From Mizuhopecten yessoensis (lineage: Eukaryota): a DNA stretch of 64,000 nucleotides. Of this stretch, positions 42,193 through 55,600 are shown piece by piece; the first letter of the stretch is position 1, and each line of letters opens with the position of its first letter. The stretch covers positions 454,657 through 518,656 of the forward strand of contig NW_018408592.1 in the NCBI RefSeq assembly GCF_002113885.1, in the 5' to 3' direction. A model generated the notes under the pieces. That model was not told where the DNA came from. It was given only the letters and a program-made list of their open reading frames with translations, and ran no database searches. The translations under genes and the position numbers were made by a program.

Positions 42193-42835
42193 GTCCTAAA
42201 TTAAAGAAATGGTCAAAGGATGTAAAAGACATTTTGTCCTAAATTAAAGAAATTGTGAAAGGTTGCAGAAGAACCGTTGTCCTAAATTAAAGAAATGGTT
42301 AGAGGGTGCAGGAGACCCGTTGTCCTAAATTAAAGAATGGTTAGAGGGTACAGGAGACCCGTTGTCCTAAACTAAAGAAATGGTTACAGTGTGCAGGAGA
42401 CCCGTTGTCCTAAATTAAAGAAATGGTTAAAGGGGTGCAGGAGACCCGTTGTCCTAAATTAAAGAAATGATTAGAGGGTACAGGAGACCCGTTGTCCTAA
42501 ATTAAAGAAATGGTTAGAGGGTGCAGGAGACCCGTTGTCCTAAATTAAAGAAATGGTTAGAGGGATGCAGAAGACCCGTTGTCCTAAATTAAAGAAATGG
42601 TTAAAGGGGTGCAGGAGACCCGTTGTCCTAAATTAAAGAAATGGTTAGAGTGGTGCAGGAGACGCGTTGTCCTAAATTAAAGAAATGGTTAGAGGGGTGC
42701 AGGAGACCCGTTGTCCTAAATTAAAGAAATGGTTACAGGGTGCAGGAGACCCGTTGTCCTTAATTAAAGAAACGGTTACAGGGTGCAGGAGACCCGTTGT
42801 CCAAAATTAAAGAAATGGTTACAGGGTGCATAAGA
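42193..42835. repeat. ~43-bp minisatellite, about 15 copies
   Basis: gttgtcctaaattaaagaaatggttagagggtgcaggagaccc. Confidence 0.95.
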
Positions 42836-45207
42836 TCTATTGTCTGTGGTCCATCGTCCTTCTTCTCGTTTTACGCTATTTCTCAATAAGGACTGACCAG
42901 AGCTTTCTAAAATTCTGTAAGTAGCTTCTCAGTATGGCATGTCCATATTTTGAATCTGATCTGTAGAACACATGAAAAGGCCGACTTTGATTAGAATTGA
43001 TTAACTTATTCCTGTAATTTTTATTAATTTATTAAATTTGCTTTATCGTCTATTTGATTTTGCATTTATTATCTTTAAGTTGTTTGCTCATTCCCAACAA
43101 GTCACTGCCTATATATTAATAACTTCAGGTCTCATGGTTTGAGTGCTTTAATTTACCAGACTCCTTTGACTTTGAATAACAGTCAATGTCATTACTGTTT
43201 ACAAACAACTACAGGCTAAGTTTTAGCTCTAGGCCTCTTGGTTCTTCTTCAGATGACGCCCGTGGTACTAAACATAAGTCAAGGTCATTTCCACATTATA
43301 AAAATTCATATAGAGCTTTCTTCAGAAAGTCAGATAGTATGGCCAAGAAAATGTACACAATGTGGCCTTGACCTTGGGTGGTATGCCACACTGCCTTTCA
43401 ATCCTACATTCCATTATGTTCGCTTCACATTCATTCTCACTCATCATGCGTCAATACATACTTTGCATTGCGAATATTTTGTTATGTTTTCTCAAATGCG
43501 TAACATGTGTAGGATAATAAGCCGAAAGGGTTCTGTTTACTGTCCATTCCCAACAGGTCATTGTCAGTCTAACAGATACGTGATCCAGCACTTCTTAAAA
43601 ACAAAATGTTTTTTTTCTTTTTCAAATATACTGAAAATATTCGTGTAGTTGTACCATAAGGGATCACATCACTTGTGATGAGGAATGGCCTTCCATGAAG
43701 AAGTACTGGATCACGTATTTGTTTTACTGATATTCAGTATATTCAAGGATAATTCCATATTCGCGAAACATAAAAACAAACAGTTCTGCAACAAATGCTG
43801 ACACGTTTTTCTGATCGTATATGAAAATAGGCATTTGGTCTCGAACGGATATCATTCAAAACCAATGTTTTCAAAGACAACATTTATTTCATTCTTTGAA
43901 CTTCAAACTGTTGATCACTTTTCATGGGTTTAGTTTTAGAAAAGTATTTTCTCATCGACTAATGCATATCTACAGTACAAAACATTCGTTCTTCAGCAAC
44001 ACAACAAAGATACTACCTCGCTTGTATCTCTTTAAAGTTGACTATCATATTGTAACGTATATATGTTACCTTGCCAGCCAGAGATACAAATCAAATTTTA
44101 CAGTATCTTCAATCGAAATCGTATGCTATTTGTACTTATTTTGACTAACTACTATTAATTTGATATATATTTGAGAAGAAAAAAATCATTTTGGTATGTT
44201 GCATTAAAACAAGGATATAATTTGTTATTATAACGTATCTGTTCACACAATTTGAACAAGTAACTTAATAACACATTTTAATATTGAAAACAACTTCACG
44301 AAAGCTCCATACGTAATTTAGCACCAAGGCGGCTTTAACTTAAACTGCCAAAAGTTAATACACTAGCGTACTTGTCCCTTTTTTCCAATCGTTACTCCCA
44401 TTCAAAACTTAAACAGATACGTTACCATTCCAACATGTACGTTCCACATTATATTGGTCAAGTGTTATACTCATGCTTTAACATAATCACTAAAATAAAA
44501 ATCGATTTAATGATCACTTATGATCAAATATATGCACCTATCTCAAATGTTCACATAAGCAAATCGATTTTATTTGGGAAAATAATGCACCAAAACAGAA
44601 ACGTGACCAAAGTGAACTTATACGTTACATGTTTTCCAAGTGATGTGATCCCTTATCCTCACACATCCCACCCTTTTCTTTCAGAGATTTTCACTAATTA
44701 ATCCTTTAAAATCCATTCGTAGTAGTGTAATTTATTTGAACATCTACAATAACGTACACAAATTAACCATTACTATATATGCATGCATGCCTGCCTTTGG
44801 ATTTCCTAAGATTTGAAGATATTCCCATTGAAAACTAAGCAAGCTGATGCAAGTACAGTTTGTAAAAGGTCTAATTAAATTGATCCTATCAAAATCCCAC
44901 GAAACAAAACTAGAATCTAGAGTATTTTTGTTAGGAGCTACGATTATAAAACCAACGTATAAAACTGTTTACGTCAGCAAAATTAAATTCACTCGGTATC
45001 ACAATGTAAAACTTCAGTTTTATCGTGTAAGCTATAAACAAGAAATCTCAGAGGGATATTGGTGCCCACCATTGTACCATTAGTTCTTTGCCAGTTCAGG
45101 AGTAGGAAAGTGCCGCTTTTGGCACAGGGTCATTGAGTGCAGGTGCAGTCTCCTATATAATCCTTACCAGCATCCCGCACCACCCGATCACTTACGCTCT
45201 CATTAAA

Positions 45208-45690
45208 AACAAGAGATCCCAAAGGGATATTGACGCCCACCTTTGTACCATCTTCATTAGTTCTTTGACAGTTCGATCTTTTCTCTTCTTTCCTCTAATC
45301 TGTTCGAGTCATGTAAACAGTAAATGCACCTTGAGGTAACTTTTGATCTAAACTTAATACTGATACGTATGAAAGTCAGCCTTCAAAGTGAGTTTATCAT
45401 TTCACATATTTACTAGTACAGTACTTAATGTGAAAGAAAGAGAATCGATCACTGCAATATGAGAAAGATCTGTTTAGTTCTTCTTTTAATCCATTTTGTT
45501 TTTATGATCAGTCTCAAAAGTTGCCCTGCACAGCTAAGGACCAAGGGGAACCTACATATAAAATTTGAGAAAGATCCCTCTGGTACTTCTTGAGAAATAA
45601 CGATAACAAGAATTGTTTACGGACGGACGATGGACCACGGACGCAGGGTGATTTGAATAGCCCACCATCAGATGATTGAAAGCTAAAAAC
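45208..45690 (-). mobile_element. HINE-like element in reverse orientation
   Basis: aacaagagatcccaaagggatattgacgcccacc end, (ggac)n microsatellite near 45620, gctaaaaa terminus. Confidence 0.6.
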
Positions 45691-47970
45691 ATCATTATCT
45701 GCCGCACTTCGTTTCCGTGCAATAACTATAAACACATGTTAACCGACTTTCTTCAAACTTGGTCAGGGGGTTAAATTCCTGAAGGGCTAGGCCAAGTTCG
45801 ATGACCACTTACAGTGGACCGCATTTGGCAGAGTTATGGCCCCTGGAATAGCAAAAAAAAAACGACATTATCTGCTGCGTTTCGTTTCCATGCAATAACT
45901 GCAACAAATGTTAACTGATTTTCTTCAAACTCCATTTCGCAGAGACATTATCTGCAGTTTCCGCTTAATAACACTTAACAAATATTAGATAAGGCTTTTT
46001 TTCTTAGATTTTCAAGCTATGCTTTGTCTCAACAGCACGATATTCACATGTTTAAACCTCACCTCATTAATGTTTACCTAAAATATGTCCCGAAAACGGG
46101 GGGATATAAATTCCACGAATTTGCTTGGTTTTAATTTGGTACATGTAGTAAGTAAATACTGGACAAGGCATTAGGATCCTGTAACAAACACTTGTAACAA
46201 ACCCCTCTGTTTGGAGCAAGGTTATGACACATCTTTGGGCTATGAGCAACAATGAAACGATAAAGTTCAATGAGAATCCAAGCTGGGATTTATCCAAAAC
46301 ATTTACAAATATTTCTACCATTGTCGGTACTGACATTTTTGTTTTGCTATACTCGTGTATTACAACTGGTAGCTAAGCCGGTCATATTTATTCTCAAGTA
46401 TATACCAGTTACGACGACAAGATTATTTTGCAGAGATGAAAATTCTTGTTTTACCCATTGCAAAAGGTTTAACAGGAAATAATGATCAACCATGGTCAAC
46501 AAAATGACCTGATCCCCAAAAAGTCCATCGCAACAAATATTGAAGCTTATCACTGGCATACATGGTCCAGGCCATTTCCCATCACTGGCCTGTCTGTATC
46601 AATCTGCCTATTTGCCAAACAACAAATAATTCCATTTCTAGCACACCTTCACAAATATAAGTTCATTAACATTTATAACTGTTTAAACCACCTACGAATG
46701 AATTCACAATTATATTTAATGTGAAATATTGCGAAAGTAGCAAATAGCTTGATATATATTGTGCCAGAATGTGTAGATTTGCCTTGCTATTGGTATAACG
46801 CTTGGTTTTTAAATGTTGAAGGACCCATATACAGACTTGCTAGGTAATTCTCTGCAAACTTGCATGCAATATTGAAAATATGAATTCCCACATTTCAAGA
46901 CATAAAATATACAATGAAAACAACAGACAATATCCAATGACAAGGTTAATTTATTCAAAGAATGCACAATATGGTTAATAATAATGATTGAAAAATATAG
47001 AATGTTTTCAGTATTCCCAAGATTGCCAATATTTTTCATCAAATTTAAAAACTCAATTTGATCAACAACCCTAACAAATTTAAGAAAAGGCCTCTTGAAA
47101 AGTAAAGCTTACAATATCAATGGTGTACAGAAAGGAATTACATTTCAGTTGGCCAACATTTTATAAAAAAAACTTTCAAAAGAGCAGAGATTGGTTTAAA
47201 ATCTGTTTCTAAACCAAGCTATGCATTTTTGCACTGGATAAAAAAAAAGTTTAACAGTGAATTGCGACTCAGAGATAAATTCCAAAATTGAAGTCACAAT
47301 ACATGATCGTTACAATTTCCTTGTCAATAACTTCACATCTAAAATGAATGTACAGTACAAAAATATGAAGATGAATGATATTACAACAATGAATAAAAAA
47401 GTCATCGTGGGACGACTAATATTTACTGATGAAATGGACAATGATGCATCAATCATGTCCCAACCAAACATGAAATTCAAAAACACTTGAATTTGATGTT
47501 ATATTACGACCTAGATATTGATTACAACACCAAGGATTGAATGATAATTAGCATTCAGTACTGAGTACAAGTATTACAGAATAACCTTTTGTGTAGTAGA
47601 TGCACAATACCTGAAGTGAAAATGGCTGCTCATGACCAGCAAGATACTAAAATGACAACGGAATGACAATGTACAAGTCTGAGTCACAAGTTGAACACAA
47701 ATATTTACACTATTATAATAATAAAGCATGCCTGAAATTGTCACGATGAAAAATGTATTGTCACATAAAAGTACCACACAACATTTCGCTCCCTTGATAA
47801 CTTCTCACCCAGTCATATTAACGAATTGTAAACACCTCAACAGAAACAAATTTTGTTGAAATTGATACAAATCTCAATATAAAGGTTTTCATTTCTCTCT
47901 GTATGTATATGATTCAAATTGATCTCATGTTATTAAAGTCTGTGATGAGTGGACAAGTCGGTTGTAACTC

Positions 47971-48975
47971 TTAGCGCCTGTTGTATCCCCCACCATTTCC
48001 GCCACCACCTCCTCCTCGGTTGTAATTCCCTTGACCCTGGTTGTAGGGAGTTGTTCGCTGCTGATTGTAGCCACCACCTCCACCACCACCTCGCATTGCT
48101 CCACCCCCATAACTATCACCATAGTTTTGTCCAAAGCTCTGCTGCTGGTTGCCACCCCAGGTTCCACCGGTGTTCTGAGTTTGATTGTTGTAACCACTGT
48201 TGTAGTTTTCGTAACCCCCGGTACTTCCTTGGTTCCAATCACCACCGCCACCTCCTTGGTTATAACCACCGCCTTGATTATAGTCATTGTATCCCCCCTG
48301 CTGGTTGTAGCCACCACCTTGGTCCCAGTCACTTCGACCTCCTCCTCTTCCCCCTCCCATTCCACCTCGACTACCACCGCGTCCTCCCATACCACCTCGA
48401 CCACCACCACGTCCTCCCATTCCACCTTCTTGATCCTTAGGCACAGCCTTCTTTACTTCCACTGTTTTACCATTTACATCATGCCTCTTTTGTAACACGC
48501 ATTGATCAACAGGGTCGTAGTCATAGAATGTCACAAAGCAAAACCTTTTGTTTTTGCCGGTGTTTTTGTCTTTGATCAAGTCTACTTTCTCAATATCTCC
48601 GTAATCACCGAATACTGCACGGATCTGATCTTCGGTAGCATCCTCGGAAAGCCCACCAACAAACATTTTCTTGCACGATTGTGATGATTCTCCTTCGCCA
48701 CCATCTTTATTTCTTGGCATAGCACGCTTTGATTCTACTTGCCTGCCATCAAGTTTATGGGGACGATTCTTTTGTGCATCATTCAGCTGATCGGGATTCT
48801 TATATGTGATGAATCCAAAACCTCTTGAACGTTTGGTGTTCGCGTCTTTCATGACCACGCAGTCGATTACTTCTCCCCATTGTTCAAAATGACTCTTTAG
48901 GCTGTCTTCGGTGGTATCATAGCTCAGACCACCAATAAAAAGCTTCCTGAATTGTTCGTTTTCACGGTCTCCCAT
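47971..48975 (-). CDS. HNRNPA1: Heterogeneous nuclear ribonucleoprotein A1/A2-B1-like (2 RRMs + Gly-rich low-complexity tail), 334 aa, intronless CDS
   Basis: RNP2 KLFIGGLS, RNP1 RGFGFITY, second RRM KMFVGGL, VEVKKAVPK, RGG boxes, G/Y/N/Q-rich tail, RTTPY PY-NLS-like motif. Likely start is ATG 48975; the ORF track starts at an upstream TTG. Confidence 0.95.
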   Translation of the reverse strand: MGDRENEQFRKLFIGGLSYDTTEDSLKSHFEQWGEVIDCVVMKDANTKRSRGFGFITYKNPDQLNDAQKNRPHKLDGRQVESKRAMPRNKDGGEGESSQSCKKMFVGGLSEDATEDQIRAVFGDYGDIEKVDLIKDKNTGKNKRFCFVTFYDYDPVDQCVLQKRHDVNGKTVEVKKAVPKDQEGGMGGRGGGRGGMGGRGGSRGGMGGGRGGGRSDWDQGGGYNQQGGYNDYNQGGGYNQGGGGGDWNQGSTGGYENYNSGYNNQTQNTGGTWGGNQQQSFGQNYGDSYGGGAMRGGGGGGGYNQQRTTPYNQGQGNYNRGGGGGGNGGGYNRR

Positions 48976-49019
48976 AGTTATTGGTGTTTGTATATATCGC
49001 AACTAGTCTTTCTAGTTCA

Positions 49020-49100
49020 ACTCACCGCGTGGCTCCTAGACGTCTTGAACAATGCCGACCCACGCCTTACGATGCTTCCGGTGCGCGCCAATGTGATCGG
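49020..49100 (-). promoter_or_regulatory. Putative CpG-rich promoter of the hnRNP A gene
   Basis: ETS-like CCGGAAG (plus-strand cttccgg, ~49075-49081), GCGCGC and CCAAT about 100 bp upstream of the ATG. Confidence 0.45.
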
Positions 49101-51732
49101 TTTAACAAAATTACAAATTGGGAACGCATAAATGCGTTAAAAAAAGTTCCGTAATTATCGTCTTTTTTTTCACACAAAAAGGAATAAATAAAGGTGATTT
49201 AGCAGTTATATATGCTTTGTACTTCTCTACAAAATTAAATTAATTTAGTTTAATTTCGCCAAATATGTTACATATTGTTTCGTATCTTTGTAAAATAGGT
49301 AATATAAATCTGCCGTCAATGTTGTATATTCGGTTCTTTCCGCTAATTTCCGGTATTCATCACATGACAGGCGGGATTATAAACATCTACTTATGCCTTT
49401 ATTCGTTACATTTTTTTTTGTATTTCAGCATATTTCGCGACAAATTGAAAATAAAATTAAAGTGGCGTTTGTCTATACGTAAACAAAGTAATTACCTTTT
49501 ATTAGACTTGCATATGTCCCATCTTTGCCAAACTTCGACCACAAACTTCTACAGAAAAAGTAAATTCAGATGAATTATACTATAAATAATGTAATTTTCA
49601 TTCCAAAAAAAGCAATTTGAATACAAACAAATCTTGTAAATCTTGTTCATCTGAATATAAACATCGATGAAGGACACAACACGATAACAAATTAAAACTG
49701 AAGATCTACCTTTAATTAGAGTTACTTCCCCTCTCTTACTGTTAGTGATAGCGAGACACGGCTCGTGTTGAGTGCCATATTTCATCAAGGATTTTCATCC
49801 TATTTTAATCCATTTTTTATTTCGCTAAAAGGTAGATTAAATTGCTTCGTTTTACTAGCATGCATTTAAAAGTGCAATTTACATACAATGACAAATTAAT
49901 GTTTTTATTTCGAATTTTGATAGGCATTTGACATATTCTGACGTTTTATCGACTTTTTCATGCTGTATGGAGTAACACGAGTAGTTATTGATTAAGACTC
50001 ATATGATATATGGTACAATTCTAGTTTAGTCAACAGTAATTTTAATATATCATACATGTGCTGATGATACTTCTCTAAGAAAGTCTTCTTCTTCGTGTCG
50101 AGAAATAGAATAAATTTGAAATAGAGATTTGGAAAGAAAAAAATAGGTGGGCTTTTAAAACTTAACTTGTAAATATTACTTTCAATCCAATCAAAACTGA
50201 GGTTTTTATATCAAATTTAAATGATATCATTGTCTACGTCATCACTTGTATATTTTTGAAATATTTTGTTGATAGGAGATGGCTTCATAAGTTGCTATAA
50301 CTTGTGCCAAATCCTTTGTACCTATTTGGACAATAAAATATGTTTAAAGACAAAAATAAATATCATACATATATACAGGATAATTTTAAACATAAGCTAC
50401 CTAACATGCGTCAGGGACTGTATCGGCTACGTGAACATACTCTTGAAATGGACCGTGGTAAATAAAACTCGATGAGATGTCAGATTCTGTAAAATATTAA
50501 AAAAAATATTGAAATTGAAATGCATTTTTCTTACAACTGTTTCCTATGATATCGCATATTGAACTCTGATGGGCTTTTTTTTATTGATGATCATAATGCC
50601 ATCAAAGCATTATGTAATTTTAAATGTATAAAAAATACTGAATTTGCAATACTGCACAGTCCGCTGTCCGACAACTCTATTATAATTCTAGACAGAGGGA
50701 TTTTGACAAACATTAAAGAGTTTCCTTTAGTCGTATTGTTATTAAATTTAGTTAAGTTAATCCTCTTTACAGGACTAAAAAGCATAACACTAAAACGTTA
50801 AAGTTAAGATGTTTGTCGATATGATTCAGAACGTAGAGGTTCGGGCCCTAACTACTCGTTCGTGTGTCTCCGCCGGAATTCCGGCATTGTATTTTTAGAT
50901 AGATAATTACAAGAAAAGTATTTCACCTGCTGAAAGCAATTCTTAATCGAACAGTTATAGGACTCAAACGGTTTTTACGCAGAAAATTGAAGATGTCGGC
51001 CATATCCAATCATGTATAAGTCTACGAGCCAAAATGCGTAGTTATGAAGGGGAAAAAATTGGTTCAAAATTGATATTTGGTTGACAAACATGTAATATTC
51101 CGTTCGAAAGATACATTTCAGTAGGTTTAGTATTTTCACAACTTTTTCCGTAAAACCTTTTTCCAGGGTTATGCCACTGACTAAGTAGTATTCTGGTTAG
51201 ACATACTTTGTTTGGTAGCTCCAGCAATGGACGTTTGTTTATGAGGATATTTGTATAATTCCGTGACCCTATTATCCATATTAAGGGAAATATATGCATC
51301 AACCGTTTATCACGAATTGTGTAATACTATAGGCAGGGAAGCTATATGATAAAACTTTGTATAATTTCGCCCTGTCCGTATGATCAAAACGGAGTCTGAT
51401 TCAATGAATCTATAACAAGGCTTTTGTGACGTGTTGTTAGCTTACACCCTATAATTTTCACCCTCTGATATGATGTTATCTTATTTGAAGATTTTTTTTT
51501 AGAGACGTTGTATGTGATCCAAATACAAATGTATTAGAATAACTTTCTCTAGGTCGGCGGGTTACCTACAGTATCCAAAAACACACCGTACAGTCCGAGG
51601 CCTAGGTAACAAGATTTCAAGATTTTTCAAGATTTTTTTTATTACGCTCTGACACACAAAGTGTGTAACAAGAGGTCAAACAAAATAACATCAATCAAAA
51701 TAAAACATGACAGAGAGAGTAGATTACACATG

Positions 51733-51821
51733 GACAGATTAAGCATTATTTCATAGACAGATTCAGCATTATTTCATAGACAGATTCAGCAATATTTCAT
51801 AGATAGATTCAGCAATATTTC
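51733..51821. repeat. 23-bp tandem repeat, 4 copies
   Basis: gacagattcagcattatttcata. Confidence 0.85.
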
Positions 51822-52676
51822 NGTCTACTGGTAAATTGATATTTCTGATTTTCCTATATAAAGCAAAAAAACTGATAGTACATTTACACAATAAAAATAG
51901 AGTAAATAGTTTGAGTGACATCTGTCATTCATAGCCATTGTCCTTTGAGACTTAGGCCGTACGTGACCAGGTAAGCCAATTTAGCTGTCCTTTGTCTAAG
52001 ACTGAATGCAGTGTCCGATCTGGTATGACCAGTTAGCCCTGTTACGTAATAGAATTAAGTTAAAAGGTATATGGTATACGATGGACAAAGTAAATGCATA
52101 AGTTAATCTGACAACAATGATTCAAATGAAATATCTAAATTGACACATGTTTAGAGAGCTAATTGTTATAAACAATTTACACAAAATTAATAGTTCCGGC
52201 ATATCAAAATGTCACTAGGCGGAATACATTCTAAGAAAATGCAAGGGTTGAAGTTTAAAAAACGACAAATTATGAATTTCAAGAGATATTAAATTAAAGT
52301 TCAAATTTAGCACTTTTATCATAAATTTCTTTATGATTAATCTATCGCATATTATCGCTACGCGTGCACGTGCTGTACCGCGACTCTCGTGTCATGTATA
52401 TATGTATACTGGCTCATACCACGTTATTACACTCACTTCAATGTGAAGGTCACGATTTGGGGTCAAATGACATCATTATATTTAATATATTCGAAGGGAT
52501 ATTTCTATAACCTACGTCAGATTGAACTGATATACATATTGAATATATGATACAGTTGTGTGACTTGATATGATACTGTATCAAATACAGTTTTGCCTGT
52601 CCATATTGCTGATTCTTAATTAATGTCCTTTCCAACCAATCAAGATCAACATGTTCATATATTCAGATTCATCAAT

Positions 52677-55600
52677 ATGGCGAACCGACTTGGAGAGTTC
52701 TATGCACGTATTACCAAAGATCTGGACATCACCATGGACTTTTGGTTAAAACATTCACACGATGAGAATAATGGGTAGGACGTAGTTTATATGGCAAGCC
52801 AACATCAGGATCCCTGTACCACTGCGAAACCTGTATCTATGCATTGGAAACTGTTTTTTCCCGGCATGATTATTTAAAGCTTTGATCAATCATTACTTAA
52901 AAGAAAACAATTAAAACATTGCGTGACTTTTATGAACAAATAGGATAGAATAAACAAAAAATAATCAATAAAAAAAATCTGAGTGTAACATATCTCTGTA
53001 GTCAGACCAGGATTCGAACCCTGGTGCTCAGATTGTTATCAACTGTCTGACTACCTGATCAACGGAAGTACTTATCCTAAACGGAATTAAGGGGATGTTA
53101 CTGTATGTACGAATCAACAGTGGAACTCTCTAGTGTTTTGCTTGCAGTGGGACAGGGACCCTTAAATAATACCCAAAGAAAGAAAATAGGAGTGATTCAG
53201 TGAATAAGATATGTCTAAAATTGAATTAAATTTAAGGTATACTTTAATGAATTCAAGATATATTTATAGGTAATAGAGATAAATATAATATATTTCAACG
53301 AAAGCATTTAAAATTATTGCCATATTTATTTTCGTAATTGCTTCAACCAAATTATTTATATTTAACTTAATCTAGATTGCCGCCAAATCGATAAATAAAC
53401 AAGAAATCTTTTTTGTTTTTCAGGGGATTTTTTAATTGTCTCAGTAAAGATGGAAAGGTGTATGACCGACTGAAACACGTCTGGCTACAGGCAAGACAGG
53501 TATGTGGTAACGGTTACAGAAGGGACAGGTATGTGATGTCTGTTACAGGAGAGACAGGTGTTTGGTAACGGTAACAGGAGAGACAGGTATTTGTGGTGAC
53601 GGTTACAGGAGAGACAGGTGTGTGGTAACGGTTACAGGAGAGACAGGTATATGTGGTGATGGTTACAGGAGAGACAGGTGTGTGGTAATGGTTATAGGAG
53701 AGACAGATATGTGGTGACGGTTACAGGAGAGACAGGTGTGTGGAAACGGTTACAGAAGAGACAGATATGTGGTGACGGTTACAGGAGAGACAGATATGTG
53801 GTGACGGTTACAGGAGAGACAGATATGTGATGTCTGTTACATGTGAGACATGTGTGTGGTAAAAGTTACGGGAGAGACAGGTATATGTGGTAACGGTTAC
53901 AGGAGAGACCGGTGTGTGGTAAAAGTTACGGGAGAGACAGGTATATGTGGTGACGGTTACAGGAGAGACAGGTGTGTGGTAACGGTTACAGTAGAGACAG
54001 GTATGTGGTGACGGTTACAGGAGAGACAGATATGTGGTGACGATTACAGGAGAGACAGATATGTGGTGACGGTTACAGGAGAGACATGAGTGTCGTAACG
54101 GTTACAGGAGAGACATGAGTGTCGTAACGGTTACAGGAGAGACAGAAATGTGGTAACGGTTACAGAAGGAACAGGTATACGATGACTGTTACATGAGAGC
54201 CATGTGTGTGGTAACGATTACAAGAGAGACAGGTATGTGGTAATGGTTACAGGAGAGACAGATATATGTGGTGACGGTTACAGGAGAGACATGTGTATGG
54301 TAACAGTTACAGGAGAGACAGATATGTGGTGACGGTTACTGGAGAGACAGGTGAGTGGTAATGGTTACAGGAGAGACAGATATGTGGTGACGGTTTCAGG
54401 AGAGACAGGTATATGTGGTGACGGTTACAGGAGAGACAGATATGTGGTGACGGTTACAGGAGAGACAGGTATGTGGTAACGGTTACAGGAGAGACAGGTA
54501 TATGTGGTGACGGTTACATGAGAGACAGATATGTTGTGACGGTTACAGGAGAGACAGGTATATGTGGTGACGGTTACAGGTGAGCCAGGTGAGTGGTAAT
54601 GGTAACAGGAGAAACAGATATGTGGTGACGGTTACAGGAGAGACAGATATGTGGTGACGGTTACAGGAGAGACAGGTGTGTGGTAACGGTTACATGAGAG
54701 ACAGATATGTTGTGACGGTTACATGAGAGACAGGTATGTGGTGACGGTAACAGGAGAGACAGGTATATGTGGTGACGGTTACAGGAGAGACAGGTATATG
54801 TGGTGACGGTTACAGGTGAGACAGGTGTGTGGTAACGGTTACAGGAGAGACAGGTATGTGGAAACGGTTACAGGAGAGATATGTGTTTAATTATTGGAAC
54901 AATATCTATACAGCTTAATGTGACGAACTTTATGCGGTCTTACGTCTTTATAGATTTTGGCAACTAGATTATTTGTTTTCTTCACTTTTAGTGATTAATC
55001 GGGAGCTACATGAAATAATGCAGTGGTCACAATAATGACAGGTTATTTATTGATTACTTGAACAGGTATGGACATACTGTCGCCTTTACAACGAAGTGGA
55101 GCGATTCCGACGACCAGACATCTTACAGACAGCTATTAAAGGTCAGTACACCTACCATACATATACTTATCATGTAATCATGTCCGACTATCGAGCTACT
55201 ACTTATCCGGTTACAGCTGTCCGCTATCTAACTAAAACTAAATCGGTTTACCCACTATCGAGTCGCCACTAATCCGGTTGTTCTGATAATTGGCCACCAC
55301 TTTACTGATTACCGACTGGGCTAGTGAGCGTATGCCATGGCGCGGCGTCAGTCGTCCGTCGATCCGTCCGTCCGACGTCCGTCAACTTTTCCTGAGGAAT
55401 GGAAAGGCCACCCTAGAGTCATGATATTTGGCTGAAAGCTTCATTGGTTAAAGACGAAGTTTGCAAATGAAAATGACCTTGATCTACTTTCAAAGTCACA
55501 GGGGTCAAACATGGCAAACATTTCAAACGATTTCTTTTGAAGAACTGAAAGCCATATAATCTTAATATTTGGCTAGTAGCTTCTTGGGATGGAGCTCAAC

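Noticed and set aside
46850-47612. Possible autoregulatory 3'-UTR intron of the hnRNP A gene (CAG|GTATTG near 47610)
   Set aside because: Only generic splice-like motifs are visible; it cannot be supported without transcript data.
47925-48495. Alternative-frame and antisense ORFs over the hnRNP Gly-rich tail
   Set aside because: Shadow ORFs of low-complexity GGN codons.
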